A stretch of 64,000 bases of DNA from Ranitomeya imitator. Its lineage: Eukaryota. Position numbers and translations under genes: made by a program. The stretch covers positions 1,021,760,001 to 1,021,824,000 of the forward strand of contig NC_091282.1 in the NCBI RefSeq assembly GCF_032444005.1, given 5' to 3'. This document shows, one piece after another, positions 1 to 12,100 of this stretch. Within the stretch, counting starts at the first letter, position 1. Every line of letters starts with the position of its first letter. The notes under the pieces were generated by a model. That model did no database searches. It was not told the DNA's origin and saw only the letters and a program-made list of their open reading frames with translations.

Positions 1-480
1 CTGCATTAGGCCTACAAATTGGGTATGGGGTGTAGAGAGATGGTGTGTTCCACTCCAAGGTGTTCCCCAGGTTTCCTCGCCAATGCATCGATCTTCATGC
101 TCTCGTTTAGTAGTTGTTGGAAACTACACTGCATTAGGCCTACAAATTGGGTATGGGGTGTAGAGAGATGGTGTGTTACACTCCAAGGTGTTCCCCGGGT
201 TTCCTCGCCAATGCTTCGATCTTCATGCTCTCGTTTAGTAGTTCTTGGAAACTACACTGCATTAGGCCTACAAATTGGGTATGGGGTGTAGAGAGATGGT
301 GTGTTCCACTCCAAGGTGTTCTCCAGGTTGCCTTTCCTGAGCTTCGATCTTCCGGCTCTCGTTTAGTAGTTGCTGGAAACTACGCTGCATTAGGCCTACA
401 AATTGGGTATGGGGTGTAGAGAGATGGTGTGTTACACTCCAAGGTGTTCTCCAGGTTGCCTTTCCTGAACTTCTATCTTC
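1..480 (+). repeat. 128-bp tandem repeat internal to the hAT element
   Basis: The unit CTGCATTAGGCCTACAAATTGGGTATGGGG... recurs at 1, 129, 257 and 385. A related array lies on the opposite strand at ~49620-50350. Confidence 0.9.
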
Positions 481-1682
481 AGGCTCTCATTAAATTGTGG
501 TTAAATGGAACAACTGCATTTGGCGTACTAGTTGATTTGGGGCCTACTATCGGTGTCTGACACTCCTTGCTGTTCTCCTGGTTTCCTGTCCTGAAATTCC
601 ATTTTCAGGCTCTTGTTAAGTAGTTGTTAATGTTAGACTGCATTTGGCCTACTAGTTGGGTTGGGACCTACTATCGGTGTCTGCCACTCCTTGCTGTTCT
701 CCTCCACTGAACAAAGCTGGGCCGCCTGTTTACTACGGTTGCCAATTTTGAACTGCATGTCGACTACTTACTGATTTGGGCCTACTCTCTGTGTCAGCCT
801 CTCATTCCAGTTGTCCTCCACTGCAATGCCCCCTGGTTAGTCCTGTGTTACCAATTTTGAACTGCATTTGGCCCACTTTATTCTTTGGGCCTATATCTGT
901 GTTTCCTCCTCATCCTGCCCATTGCCCAGGCAGTGATAGATGAGTCTGCTGGTACATTGACCCATAACGCAACATTCCCCGTGCACGCTACACAGCAAGA
1001 TTGTGACCCTGCTGAAAGTCAGGTTCCTCTTCCCGCATACCATACCACCTTACACGGGGACAAAGAGGAAGGTGCAGATGAAAGTGCAGGTTCCATCATC
1101 AGGTGTGGGGAGGAATACTAGTTGGCGACGTCACTGGCACAGGGCCTCTCATAGTACGCAAAAGTGTTGCTGCCGGTGGGAGGCGCCCCCGCCGTGCAAA
1201 CACACCGCTGTACTTTGAGGGGCCCTGTGCCAGTGCCAATGCCAACGAGTGGGCCCCCCCTGCTTGCTCAGGATCACAGCACTTGCAAAGTTGAAATACT
1301 TACCTCTCCCTGCTCCATTGCCGTGACGTGGTCCAGATTTACTGGGCCCACTAATTACTTGAACCAGCCCTACCCCCCACAACTTTAGCCAAATGACCCC
1401 CAATTTCAAATGCCTTCCAATTATTATAAGGTAAATTACGATTGACAAGCTTCTTTAACAAGAATGGATGTTTTTGCCATTAAAATGGGCAGTGTAGGTG
1501 TTTTCCTGGCCTCCACTCACTGCCGACTATGCTCCCCCATTGACTTGCATTGGGTTTCGTGTTTCGGGCGATACCCGACTGTTCGCGATAATCGGGCCGA
1601 TTCCACTCGACTCGACTTCTAAGATAGTCGGGTTTCGCGAAACACGGCTCGACTCTAAAAAGGTCAAGGTCGCTCAACCCTA
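1..1682 (+). mobile_element. 3' end of a large hAT DNA transposon (same family as 46998-56459, opposite orientation); the rest lies outside the window
   Basis: Ends in TCGCTCAACCCTA (1670-1682), the reverse complement of the TIR TAGGGTTGAGCGA at 46998. Positions ~690-1682 are the reverse complement of ~46998-47990. It is followed by ATAATTAC, the presumed 8-bp TSD; the paralogous empty site reads ACAATTAC at 16119. Confidence 0.9.
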
Positions 1683-1725
1683 ATAATTACTATGAGGCTC
1701 TCCTTTATGTCTAATACAGGGTGTA

Positions 1726-2668
1726 TGTTAGGCTTCGGGATTCTTCCACTGCATGGGATAGATCCCAAGCCTTATCTGCCTCTGCGGTCTCCCATTCAGA
1801 TTCAGCTGCTGCAGGTGCTGCTGAGCATTGATGTCGGTCCCAGCATTTTGCTCAGACTCATGGTGTTAGTTTGGTTACTGTTGGCTCTCCAGCCAAGTCT
1901 ATGGTAAACAGCAATAGGCAGTGGTGTGACCTGACGCTCTGGAGTCTAAGTCCAGAAATCACCTTACTGACATTGTCCGTGATGTGGCGTCTTCCTATTG
2001 GCGGTAGGATGTCTTCTGCTCTGGTGATGTGGCAGCTCCGAATTGGTCCGCGGGCAATGTTTCGACTGACTGGGTGTGAGTGTTTAGGGTGGAGCCTTTT
2101 GTATAAAAGACCCCCAATGGTGCCCGCGGGTGCACTAGTATCATTTATGTGTCACTGTAAGAGTGGAGACTCTATCACTTTGTCTGCATGTGTTTTGAGT
2201 CTGTCTAGCTTAGGGACTGTACACATAGGCAGGCAGCTAGTGTCAGTGGGGGCTATTAGTCATTTGGCTTAGCATCTGTTACCTACATGTGTGCAGTTAG
2301 CACAGTAGAGTTTCAGAGCAAGCTCAATCCTAGTCAGTGTATTATGCTCAGCATCTGTTTCGTTTCTGTGTGCGATTGACACAGCTCAGTTGCAGAGCAA
2401 GCTTTTTCCACGTGCTTTCCCTGTGACGTTTAACAGGGCATAGCACTCAGTATACATGTGTTCAGTGCCTCTCTGTGGAGTATCGGAGTTTGGTGCTTTG
2501 TGTTCCATTCACACTGTGCGGCATTAACACAGGGTGTCCAGGTAATTGCTTGCTGTCTGTTCCATCATTGCTCACTAGCAGCAGTTTATCATCTCTCCAT
2601 GGAGGACCCCAGGGTGCGATTACACTGTATTATTTATTTTTATTTAGTGCAATCTGCCAACCTTAACA
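1726..2668 (+). mobile_element. Solo LTR of a Ty3/Gypsy family related to 8117-14252
   Basis: TGTTAGG...CCTTAACA termini, 5-bp TSD GTGTA (1721-1725 / 2669-2673), TATAAAA at 2102 followed 30 nt later by GCACTAGTAT. Confidence 0.85.
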
Positions 2669-3229
2669 GTGTATCTCAGTCCCTCTTACATCACGTTTTT
2701 GGAAGTTCTTGTTTTCTTCATAAATTACACAGAAATTTCCAATTTTTTACTAAAAATTTTAATTTTGATTGCTTAAAGGGAATTATTCACCCCCGGTATG
2801 TATATGACCTTTTAAAATGGGCATACACGAAATAGAAATGTTAAACTAGTACTACCTGTAGGTCTCATATTAGTGAAATGTTACATTCTTTCTGTATGCT
2901 AACGATTTCTTTCAGGCTCAGGGGCGTGCGGTGCCTGGAAGAAATCCCTGCCTCCTGTCTTCATTGTAATACCACTTCCCATTCATGCTCCTCAGTTGTG
3001 ACCCTGGAATCCTGTGCCGGTGCCTTGCCCTCTCTTAAAAATTCATAGCTTTTCCTCCCATCTATGGGCACTACATTCAGGGGTCTTCTATTACCTGAAT
3101 GCCCATATTAATAGGTCACATACGTTCTGGGGGATGACAGATTTCCTTTCAATTATATTTAAAACAAAAATCCTTTTGAAATGTTACCTTACATAAAAGT
3201 CATTATACAGGAAAGAATGTTTCTTAACA

Positions 3230-5340
3230 TTTTTTTCCTGTAAACTCCAATTTCTTCTCAATTTTGAATGCTTTTTTGTCAGTAAAAGTGTGATACCATT
3301 GTTCTCAGCAGCAATCTGGGAATCAGTGATGCTTCCTGGGGTCGTCCCATCCTATTCTCCTTCCATTCAGCACCTTTTCCATCCATTCCAACAATTTTAC
3401 TGCTCTTCAGACGTTTTTGTAGGGTCTGCCAGAAAACTGCTTGGATTTCCTATAGACTCATTACTCAAAACGAGCACTCAAGCATTAGGAATTGCTCAGT
3501 TTGAGTAACGAGCATCCTATTATTTTTGTTTGCTTGCAAATCTCTAATCATTATCCATTTGTAGAAGCCATCCTCTTTTCAACTTCAGCTTTTATATATG
3601 GTGTCATTCTTGCAACAAGAATTTGTTGAATCTTCATTGAATCCATTCTTCCCTCTTTTCGTGAAATGTTCCAGGTGCCATTTGCTGTAACATAACCCTG
3701 AAGCATGATTAATCCACTCCCACGCTTAATTGTTGGTGGGATATTCTTTCCTGAAATTATGATCACTTTTTTCTCCATACATACCTTTAATTATTGTGGC
3801 CAAAGAGTTCTATTTTAACCTCAATGGTCCACATGACTACTTTCCAAAATGCTTCAGGCTTGTTTAGATGTTCTTTTGCAAACTTCTGATACTGAATTTT
3901 ATGGTGAGAATGCAGGATAGGCTTTCTCCTGGTGGCTCTTCCATGAAGGCCATATTTGTGCAGGGGTCTCTGAATAGTAAAATAATGCACCACAACTTCA
4001 AGGTCTGCTAAATATTTCTTAACCCCTTTCTGACCTCGGACGGGATAGTACGTCCAAGGTCAGAAGCCCCGCTTTGATGCAGGGCTCCGCTGTGAGCCCG
4101 CATCAAAGCCGGGACATGTCAGCTGTTTTGAACAGCTGACATGTGCCCGTAATTGGCGCGGGCAGAATCGCGATCTGCCCGCACCTATTAACTAGTTAAA
4201 TGCCGCTGTCAAACGCAGATCGGGGGTCGGCGATGCGTCAGGATGGTAACCATAGAGGTCCTAGAGACCTCTATGGTTACTGATCACCGGTGGCTGTGAG
4301 CGCCACTCTGTGGTCGGCGCTCACAGCACACCTCCATTTCTGCTACATAGCAGCGATCAGCAGATCGCTGCTATGTAGCAGAGGAGATCGAGTTGTGCCT
4401 GCTTCTAGCCTCCCATGGAGGCTATTGAAGCATGGCAAAAGTAAAAAAAAAAAAGTTAAAAAAATGTGAAAAAAAAAAAAAAATATAAAAGTTTAAATCA
4501 CCCCCCTTTCGCCCCAATCAAAATAAATCAATAAAAAAAAATCAAATCTACACATATTTGGTATCGCCGCGCTCAGAATCGCCCGATCTATCAATTAAAA
4601 AAAGCATTAACCTGATCGAAAAAACGGCATAGCGAGAAAAAAATTTGAAACGCCAGAATTACGTTTTTTGGGTCACCGTGACATTGCATTAAAATGCAAT
4701 AATGGGCGATCAAAAGAACGTATCTGTACCAAAATGCTATAATTAAAAACGTCATCTCAGCACGCAAAAAATAAGCCCTCAACCGACCCAAGATCACGAA
4801 AAATGGAGATGCTACGAGTATCGGAAAATGGCGCAATTTTTTATTTTTTTTTTTAGCAAAGTTTGGAATTTTTTTTCACCACTTAGATAAAAAATAACCT
4901 AGTCATCTTAGGTGTCTATGAACTGACCTGGAGAATCATAATGGCAGGTCAGTTTTAGCATTTAGTGAACCTAGCAAAAAATCCAAACAAAAAACAGGTG
5001 TGGGATTGCACTTTTTTTGCAATTTCACCGCACTTGAAATTTTTTTCCCGTTTTCTAGTACACGACATGCTAAAACCAATGATGCCGTTCTAAAGTACAA
5101 CTCGTCCCGCAAAAAATAAGCCCTCACATGGCCAAATTGACGGAAAAATAAAAAGTTATGGCTCTGGGAAGGAGGGGAGTGAAAAACGAACACGGAAAAA
5201 CAAAATATCCCAAGGTCATGAAGGGGTTAAAGTCTTTTACAGTTAGGCAGGGGGATTTCTGATTTGCCTCTCTAATAATTCTACGAGCAACTATCATTGA
5301 AATGTTGCTTGGTCTTCCAGACCTTGTCTTGACCTCCACT
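3230..5340 (-). pseudogene. Degraded Tc1-like transposase, interrupted by a TTAA-targeting MITE
   Basis: Fragments VKTRSGRPSNIS (5124-5339) and LHGRATRRKPIL...FWKVVMWTIEVKIELFG (3787-3993). Outer boundaries are approximate. Confidence 0.8.
4023..5226. mobile_element. piggyBac-like non-autonomous element (about 1.2 kb)
   Basis: TTAA on both sides (4019-4022, 5227-5230); imperfect TIRs CCCCTTTCTGACCTCGG / CCCCTTCATGACCTTGG; no transposase ORF. Confidence 0.8.
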
Positions 5341-6274
5341 ATGTATATTTATTTATCTTAGTTTCTTTTTACATGTATCTCTTTCCTTCTAAGATAGAGT
5401 CTATGATCAAATAAGGGGTCTCAGGAATGACTTTGTGTAAAGACATAGAAATAAGAGAGAAAAGAACTTTAGGGGCTAGTACGACAGCTAGATCACAAGC
5501 TAGGTGTCAATAGTAAAACCTACAAATAAAAGGCTTAATTACAGGCGCTTCTCAAAGCAATACAAAATCCAAACATAAAACAGAAGCCATTACCATATAG
5601 TAAAATAGATCAACTTTATTAACAAAAAATGCAAGATAGTGTACAAATATATATATATAAAAATGGAGATACAAATACAAATTCAACTGTCCAATTCAGT
5701 AATACACCTTCAGATAAATTATATCATCATTCACAGCTCATCCCTCAGCCCTAATTGTCAGCATCATTCCATACATGGCACCTCTGCACAGAATTCACAG
5801 CATGAATCAAATAGAGTGGCTAATTTAAACTAGGGTGGAGGCTTCCAATTTGTTTTATTGTGGTTCTGGTAGACCTTGATTCATAAGAACAGATGTGAAA
5901 ATAGTGTAAGTCTATAGTATCTAATATATCAAAGTCTGGACCATCTAAATGCACATGACAGGCTATATACATGTATGCCACAAATAGACTTCGCTGTCAT
6001 TCACTGCTTTTAACTATATTGGTCATATGTGTGATAGCTTTCAGGACAACCAATAAAGTAAAATGCATAATGCTGTGCTGTGATCCTTGGATACTACCAT
6101 ACACACAGAGCCAATTCTAGCATGTATCTCAAATTAGGGCTAACGCCTCGAGTGCAGCAGTGAATATAATAGCCATAAATATTGGTAGGGGAGCAAAAAG
6201 GGATAAAATGTGTGTTTAGGTAAATGAAAGAAGGGTGTATGACCTGATCAGGCAGTCCAAATCCCCAACGCGCG

Positions 6275-7044
6275 TGTTAGGTCTCGAGTTCCCGCCACTG
6301 CACAGGGGTAATCTCGAACCACCTCCGCTGCGGTCTCTCATTCTTCTCCAGCCACAGTGGAGCCTGCTCAGTGGAGAGGTCAGTCCCAGCTTCTGGCTCA
6401 GGCAGATACTGTGGGCTTGGTTACTGCTGCCCTTCCAGGCTCAGCCATTGTAGCCAGTACTGGTCAGCGGCGAGCAGAAGCTTCTGGGACTAAGTCCTGC
6501 TTGTCTCCTTCTGAGCATGCCCAGACTTCTCATTGGAGGTCAATGGTCACATGCTCAGGTCCTGTTGCAGCTTCTATTGGTCCACTAGGAAGGTCCTGAA
6601 GAAGCTACAACTATAAAATGTTTGCATGGCCGCAAGGCCATGCACTAGTATCAATTGTGTTTGGCTGTTGCCAGTGGATTCTCTACCACTCAGTCATATG
6701 TGGAGAGTCTGTTTAGCTCTGGGGCTGTACACTCAGGCAGGCAGCTAGCATCAGTGGGAGCAATTAGCCTTGGCTCAGCATCTGGTTCCTTTATGTGTGC
6801 GGTTAGCACAGAAGAGCTCCAGAGCAAGCACAACCCTAATTAGGGTAATAGTTTTCTGTGTACAGCGCGACTCTGAAGCAACAGAGGTCACTTACATTTC
6901 ACATGGGGCGAAGTTAACCCACGTGTGAGCTCAGTGTCCATCGGCCATTACTTAGCAGCAGGCATCTCTGCACGGTGGACCCCGGACTGCGAACGCACCT
7001 CGTATCTATCTCTCATTACTCGGTGCATTCTGCTAGCCCTAACA
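6275..7044 (+). mobile_element. Solo LTR (Gypsy, second subfamily)
   Basis: TGTTAGG...CCCTAACA termini, TSD GCGCG (6270-6274 / 7045-7049), clear similarity to the start of the 8117 LTR, TATAAAA at 6612. Confidence 0.88.
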
Positions 7045-8116
7045 GCGCGTTTCACGTACAGCTTCTTCCTGTGGGTTACTGTGTGTGTAAGTGGGTTGCT
7101 CTTACCTTTATATTCCTATGACTCAGTGGTGGTAGCGGTTAAGCTTGGCGCCTCCGCCGACGAGCCAGGCATAACGTCACCCTGGGTTAGCATCACGTGC
7201 CACCGGCTCGTACTCCCCCATCTGAGGCGTCAGATTTTGGGGCGGAGCCAGCCGCAGTACAGACGCATCTCCAGGACAACACACACCCGGAAGTCTGCAA
7301 AAGCGCTGACCGCAGATGAGTGCTGGGGCTGTAAGTTGTATTGTCTGCAATCCCTATATCCTATGTGTAACACTGCTGCAATGCTCAGTTGTCTTTTGAC
7401 TTCACTTACACGTGGGTATTGAGTTTTTTCATGTATTCCCTATTCTTGCGTGAATTCTGTCAGATATGCCAACCATATTACATGTTAATCAATATTGCTC
7501 TGCCCATACATGACAATTATAATGTAGGCAAATCAGACTTTGCATCATTTTTACCCAGATATGACATATGTCATCAAGGCCCCAAATACATACAAAAGGG
7601 AATTTTTTATACAAAAAAATACATTTTAGATTAAAAAAGATAAAGCATATCCATCACAATGACAATACAAAAACACGTATGTACACATACAAAACCCATA
7701 CTGTTATATAGTGTATGATATTGCCATATAGTGCATAAAAATAAGATTAAATAAGTGATAAAACAACTGACGAGTGATGATACTATGTGCAACATCCCAT
7801 CCAGGTTGTGAAGTGAATTATTAATAGAAGCTGAGTGATTGTGTAACTGGAGATTCATAATGTGCTTCAATACATTGCAAAATAAATTAGAGGAAAAAGT
7901 CCCCCAAGTGATATCTCATAGTGTGCCAGTGCTTAAACGTGATGTGCCATATGACCGAAGTCCTAAAGTATTGATACTGATAAAACAATCAATAAAAGTA
8001 TAAAAAATGTGAATTTATTACGTATAATGATATACGTTAGTGTGACATGTCACATAATGACAAACAAATACTTAAAGTGCCATAGTGCCAGGAAAACAAA
8101 CCCTTATGAAAGGTTG

Positions 8117-9099
8117 TGTTAGGGGTCGAGTTCCCGCTTCTGCACTGGGGGAATCTCGAGCCACTTCCGCTGCGGTCTCCCATTCTTGTCCAGCCGCAGT
8201 GGAGCCTGCTCAGCAAGGACGTCGGTCCCAGCGTCTTGCTCATTCTCACTCTGTTCAGAGAGTTAGTGCTGCTTCTCCAGTCTCTGCCATTAAAGTCAGT
8301 ACTGGTCAGCAGCGAGCGGACTTCTCTGGGACTAAGTCCTTGTCTGCATATACTGAGCATGCCCAGCGTAAGGTCTCCCGTTGGAGATCGAGGGTCATGT
8401 GCTCAGGCTCTGCAGCACATTCCATTGGTCCTCTTGGCAGGTCCTAGAAGGGCAAAAGTGCTGTGGCCACTTCCTGTGCTGCTCCTATATAAACTGCGCA
8501 TGACCGCACGGCCATGCGCTAGTATTGTCTAACAATTGTTGATGTGTGTATGTTGTGAGTGCAAGTCGTCCTTGGAAACCCCTTCCCTATTGAATGTCTG
8601 TTCGCGGAAGGTGTATGGCTGCTACCTAGCGCCCGACTTAGCCTACAGCACTAGACACACATCTCAGCGTCCTGTAGCTGTGCCTGCCAGTACGGCGCCG
8701 TGCGCCTGCCTTGCGCTTTCCATACCCGAGTCTGGGTGGTTAGTGGCGTCCGTTAGTGCGGCATCGCTCGCACTCTTGTGCACTTATACTTCTTAAGGTT
8801 CTCTACACACCCAGTTGCGGTGTTACGCCAGCAAGGGTCTAATCGGGCTCCAATCCCTTCTGGGGTTAAGTCCGCTGACCACTTGCTCGCGCACTAGTGC
8901 GGTACTGCGGTCCTGTGGATTAACAGGATCGCTTTCTTCACGCTGGGTGAGGTTTAACCCACGCGTGTATCCTTTAGTGTACCGCCATATTGTCCGTCTT
9001 GCTAGCTGCAGGGTCTTTTACCTGCACGGTGGACCTCGGACTGCGAACGCACCTAGTTTCGTACCATCTATACATGGTGCGTTCCGCCAGTCCCTATCA
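8117..9099 (+). repeat. 5' LTR
   Basis: TGTTAGGGG...CCCTATCA; ORF-track translations are identical to those of the 3' LTR apart from the final codon. Confidence 0.95.
8486..8526 (+). promoter_or_regulatory. LTR TATA box and predicted transcription start / self-primer sequence
   Basis: TATATAAA at 8486; GCGCTAGTATT at 8516-8526 lies 30 nt downstream and is complementary to the PBS at 9101-9111. Confidence 0.75.
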
Positions 9100-9100
9100 T

Positions 9101-9111
9101 AATACTAGCGC
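9101..9111 (+). promoter_or_regulatory. Primer-binding site, self-priming type
   Basis: AATACTAGCGC sits 1 nt after the 5' LTR, lacks the TGG of a tRNA PBS, and is the exact reverse complement of 8516-8526. Confidence 0.8.
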
Positions 9112-9126
9112 CAAGGTCTGGCTAGT

Positions 9127-12100
9127 ATGGCGGACATTCAGCAATCTTTGCGGTATATCCAGCAGTTGGAGGGTAGGTTGAAGGTTCTCGAGAACTCAAC
9201 CTCAGCTGTGGATGTTACCGCAGTTGCTGTAAAGGCTGCTGGCGTGGCGGCAGCAACCTTGTCCACTGCCACCCCTGTTCCGACATTATCCCGCCTCCCG
9301 TTGCCAGAAAAATTTTCTGGAGATTGCAAAACTTGTAGGGGATTCGTGAGTCAGTGCTCTATCCACCTCGAGCTCCTGGCTGCACGTTTTCCTACAGAGC
9401 GGGCTAAGGTGGGATTTATTGTCTCGCTGTTGTCGGACAGGGCGTTGGAGTGGGCTACGCCGCTGTGGGAGCGTGATGATCATGTGGTGCAGAGTGCTCC
9501 GTTGTTTCTGGGCACGCTGAAAAAGGTCTTTCTAGGACCTCAACTCACCCATGATACAGCGCTCCAACTACTGGCATTAACTCAGGGTGAGTCCTTGGTC
9601 AGCCATTTTTCCGTCCGATTCCGTACTTTAGCTTCCGAGCTGGAGTGGTCGGATAAAGCCCTTATCCCCATATTCTGGAGGGGTCTGGCTGACCATGTTA
9701 AGGACGCTCTGGCCACTAGGGAGATTCCTGCCACACTGGAGGAGTTAATATCTATTTCTACTCGTATAGACCTCCGTTTTAACGAGCGGAGGTTGGAACG
9801 AGCCCAGTGTAGGCAGAGGTTTCGGCTGGCTCCTACCTTCGCCAAACCTTTGAAATCTCCAGTCCAGGCATCTGAGTCACATGAGACCTTGGAGGTGACA
9901 CGAGCGGGATCCAAGTCTCAGTCCGCTCGTGCACATAAGGTTCGTCATGTTTGCCAGCAGTCAGGACGTCTTGCCTCCAAGAGTCCTCAGCGGTCGGGGA
10001 AGCGTCAGCGTCTAGTGGCAGTTGGAGGAGGTACACTAGACACGGCGACGTTTGCCTCAAAGTTGTCCTTCAAGGGGACAATTACCATAGGTCCATCCAC
10101 TCTCACGGTCGAGCTATGCTTGGACTCTGGGGCAGAGGGTAACTTTATGTCCTCCGCCTTTGCCCAGCGTCACGCAATACCCTTGGTGATGCTCGCCCAG
10201 CCAGTGACCGTTCGAGTGGTAAATGGGTCAACACTACCTTCACAGATTACCCACCAAACCATTCCTTTCACCCTATCTGTGTCTCCATCACATCAGGAGA
10301 TAATCTCCCTATTAGTCATTCCTGAGGGAATTGATGAGGTCCTGTTGGGGATGCCATGGCTTCGCTACCATTCTCCTCATATTGAGTGGTCCTCTGGGAG
10401 AATTTTGGGATGGAGTAAATCCTGTGAGGGTAGATGTCAGAGGGAGTGCGTTCAGGTTGCTACTACACAGGTACCCGCAGATCTTTCCTCTCTCCCCAAG
10501 CACTATTGGTCCCATGCAGACGTGTTCTCCAAAAGAGCTGCGGAGACCCTTCCGCCTCACCGCCCCTATGACTGTCCTATTGACCTCTTGCCTGGTGCTG
10601 AGCCTCCCCGGGGTCGAGTCTACCCGTTATCTCTCCCGGAGACGGAGGCAATGTCCCAGTATATTCAGGAGAATCTGGCAAGAGGATTCATTAGGAAGTC
10701 AGTGTCACCGGCAGGGGCTGGGTTCTTCTTCGTACAGAAGAAGACTGGAGACTTACGTCCATGCATAGACTACAGGGGTCTTAACGCAATTACCGTTAAG
10801 AACAAGTATCCATTACCCCTGATATCTGAGCTCTTTGATAGGCTACGGGGAGCAAAGGTATTTACAAAGTTAGATCTGCGGGGTGCTTACAACCTGATTC
10901 GCATCCGTGAGGGGGATGAATGGAAGACGGCTTTTAACACCAGGGATGGGCACTATGAATATCTAGTGATGCCCTTTGGGCTCTGTAATGCCCCAGCCGT
11001 TTTCCAAGACTTTGTGAACGACATCTTTCGGGATATGCTCACCACCTCGGTCGTAGTCTATCTGGATGACATTCTCATCTACTCTCCAGATATAGACTCC
11101 CATCGGAGAGATGTTCGCAAAGTCTTCGACCTCTTACGGGCAAACTCCCTCTACGCTAAGTTGGAGAAGTGTGTGTTTGAGCAGGAGTCCTTGCCTTTCC
11201 TTGGATATATCATTTCTGCCCAGGGTTTGGCTATGGATCCTGCCAAGCTACAGGCTGTAATGGACTGGCAGGAACCCCATTCTCTTAAAGCGGTGCAGCG
11301 CTTTATGGGGTTCATTAATTATTATCGCCAGTTCATTCCACACTTCTCAACTTTGGTAGCTCCCTTGGTCGCCCTCACCAAGAAGGGAGCAAATCCCAAG
11401 TTGTGGTCAGAGGAGGTCTCCAAGGCCTTTCTCTCGATTAAGTCACACTTCGCTAGCGCTCCCATCCTACATCGCCCCGATGTAGATAAACCATTCATCT
11501 TGGAGGTGGATGCCTCATCCGTTGGTGCTGGAGCAGTCCTTTTCCAAAAGGATGCTCAAGGTCGGAAGCATCCTTGCTTCTTCTTCTCCAAGACCTTCAC
11601 ACCAGCGGAGAGGAATTATTCCATCGGGGACAGGGAGTTGCTAGCTATGAAGTTGGCTTTTTCAGAGTGGAGACATCTCTTGGAGGGAGCTCGCTTTCCC
11701 TTCCAAGTCTTCACTGACCACAAGAACTTGGTGTATATACAGACGGCCCAGCGGCTGAATTCTCGCCAGGCTAGATGGTCCCTGTTCTTCTCCCGGTTCC
11801 ATTTTACTCTCCATTTTCTCTCCGGGGAGAAGAACGTTCGTGCCGACGCTCTCTCCCGCTCCGTAGTGTCATCTGAGGAGGAGGAGGAGGAGCCTCGGCT
11901 TATTGTCCCTTCTGAGAGCCTGAGAACTGTAGCTCCGGTTTCGCTAGAGTCTGTGCCCCCGGGCAAGACTTTCGTGCCAGCTAACTTGCGACCGGAGGTT
12001 CTCTCTTGGGCTCACTCCTCCAGAGTGGGGGGGCATTTTGGGACCAAGAGGACATCAGAGCTTTTGGCGAGAACATACTGGTGGCCGCATATGGCCCGAG

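Noticed and set aside
1-480. CRISPR-like array (also 49620-50350 and 55000-55700)
   Set aside because: Whole units repeat without unique spacers, there are no cas genes, and the context is a eukaryotic transposon.
4591-5193. Minus-strand ORFs inside the piggyBac-like element
   Set aside because: They are short and have no DDD transposase motifs; the element is non-autonomous.
8037-9102. ORFs of 80-140 aa inside the LTRs (and equivalents at 13066-14324, 1692-2272, 6235-6843, 16032-16706, 18887-19502)
   Set aside because: They show no recognisable motifs, are open in several frames and strands, and are not preserved in frame between LTR subfamilies.
9100-9120. tRNA primer-binding site for the young Gypsy
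   Set aside because: It lacks the TGG complementary to a tRNA CCA end and is fully explained by complementarity to the LTR itself.
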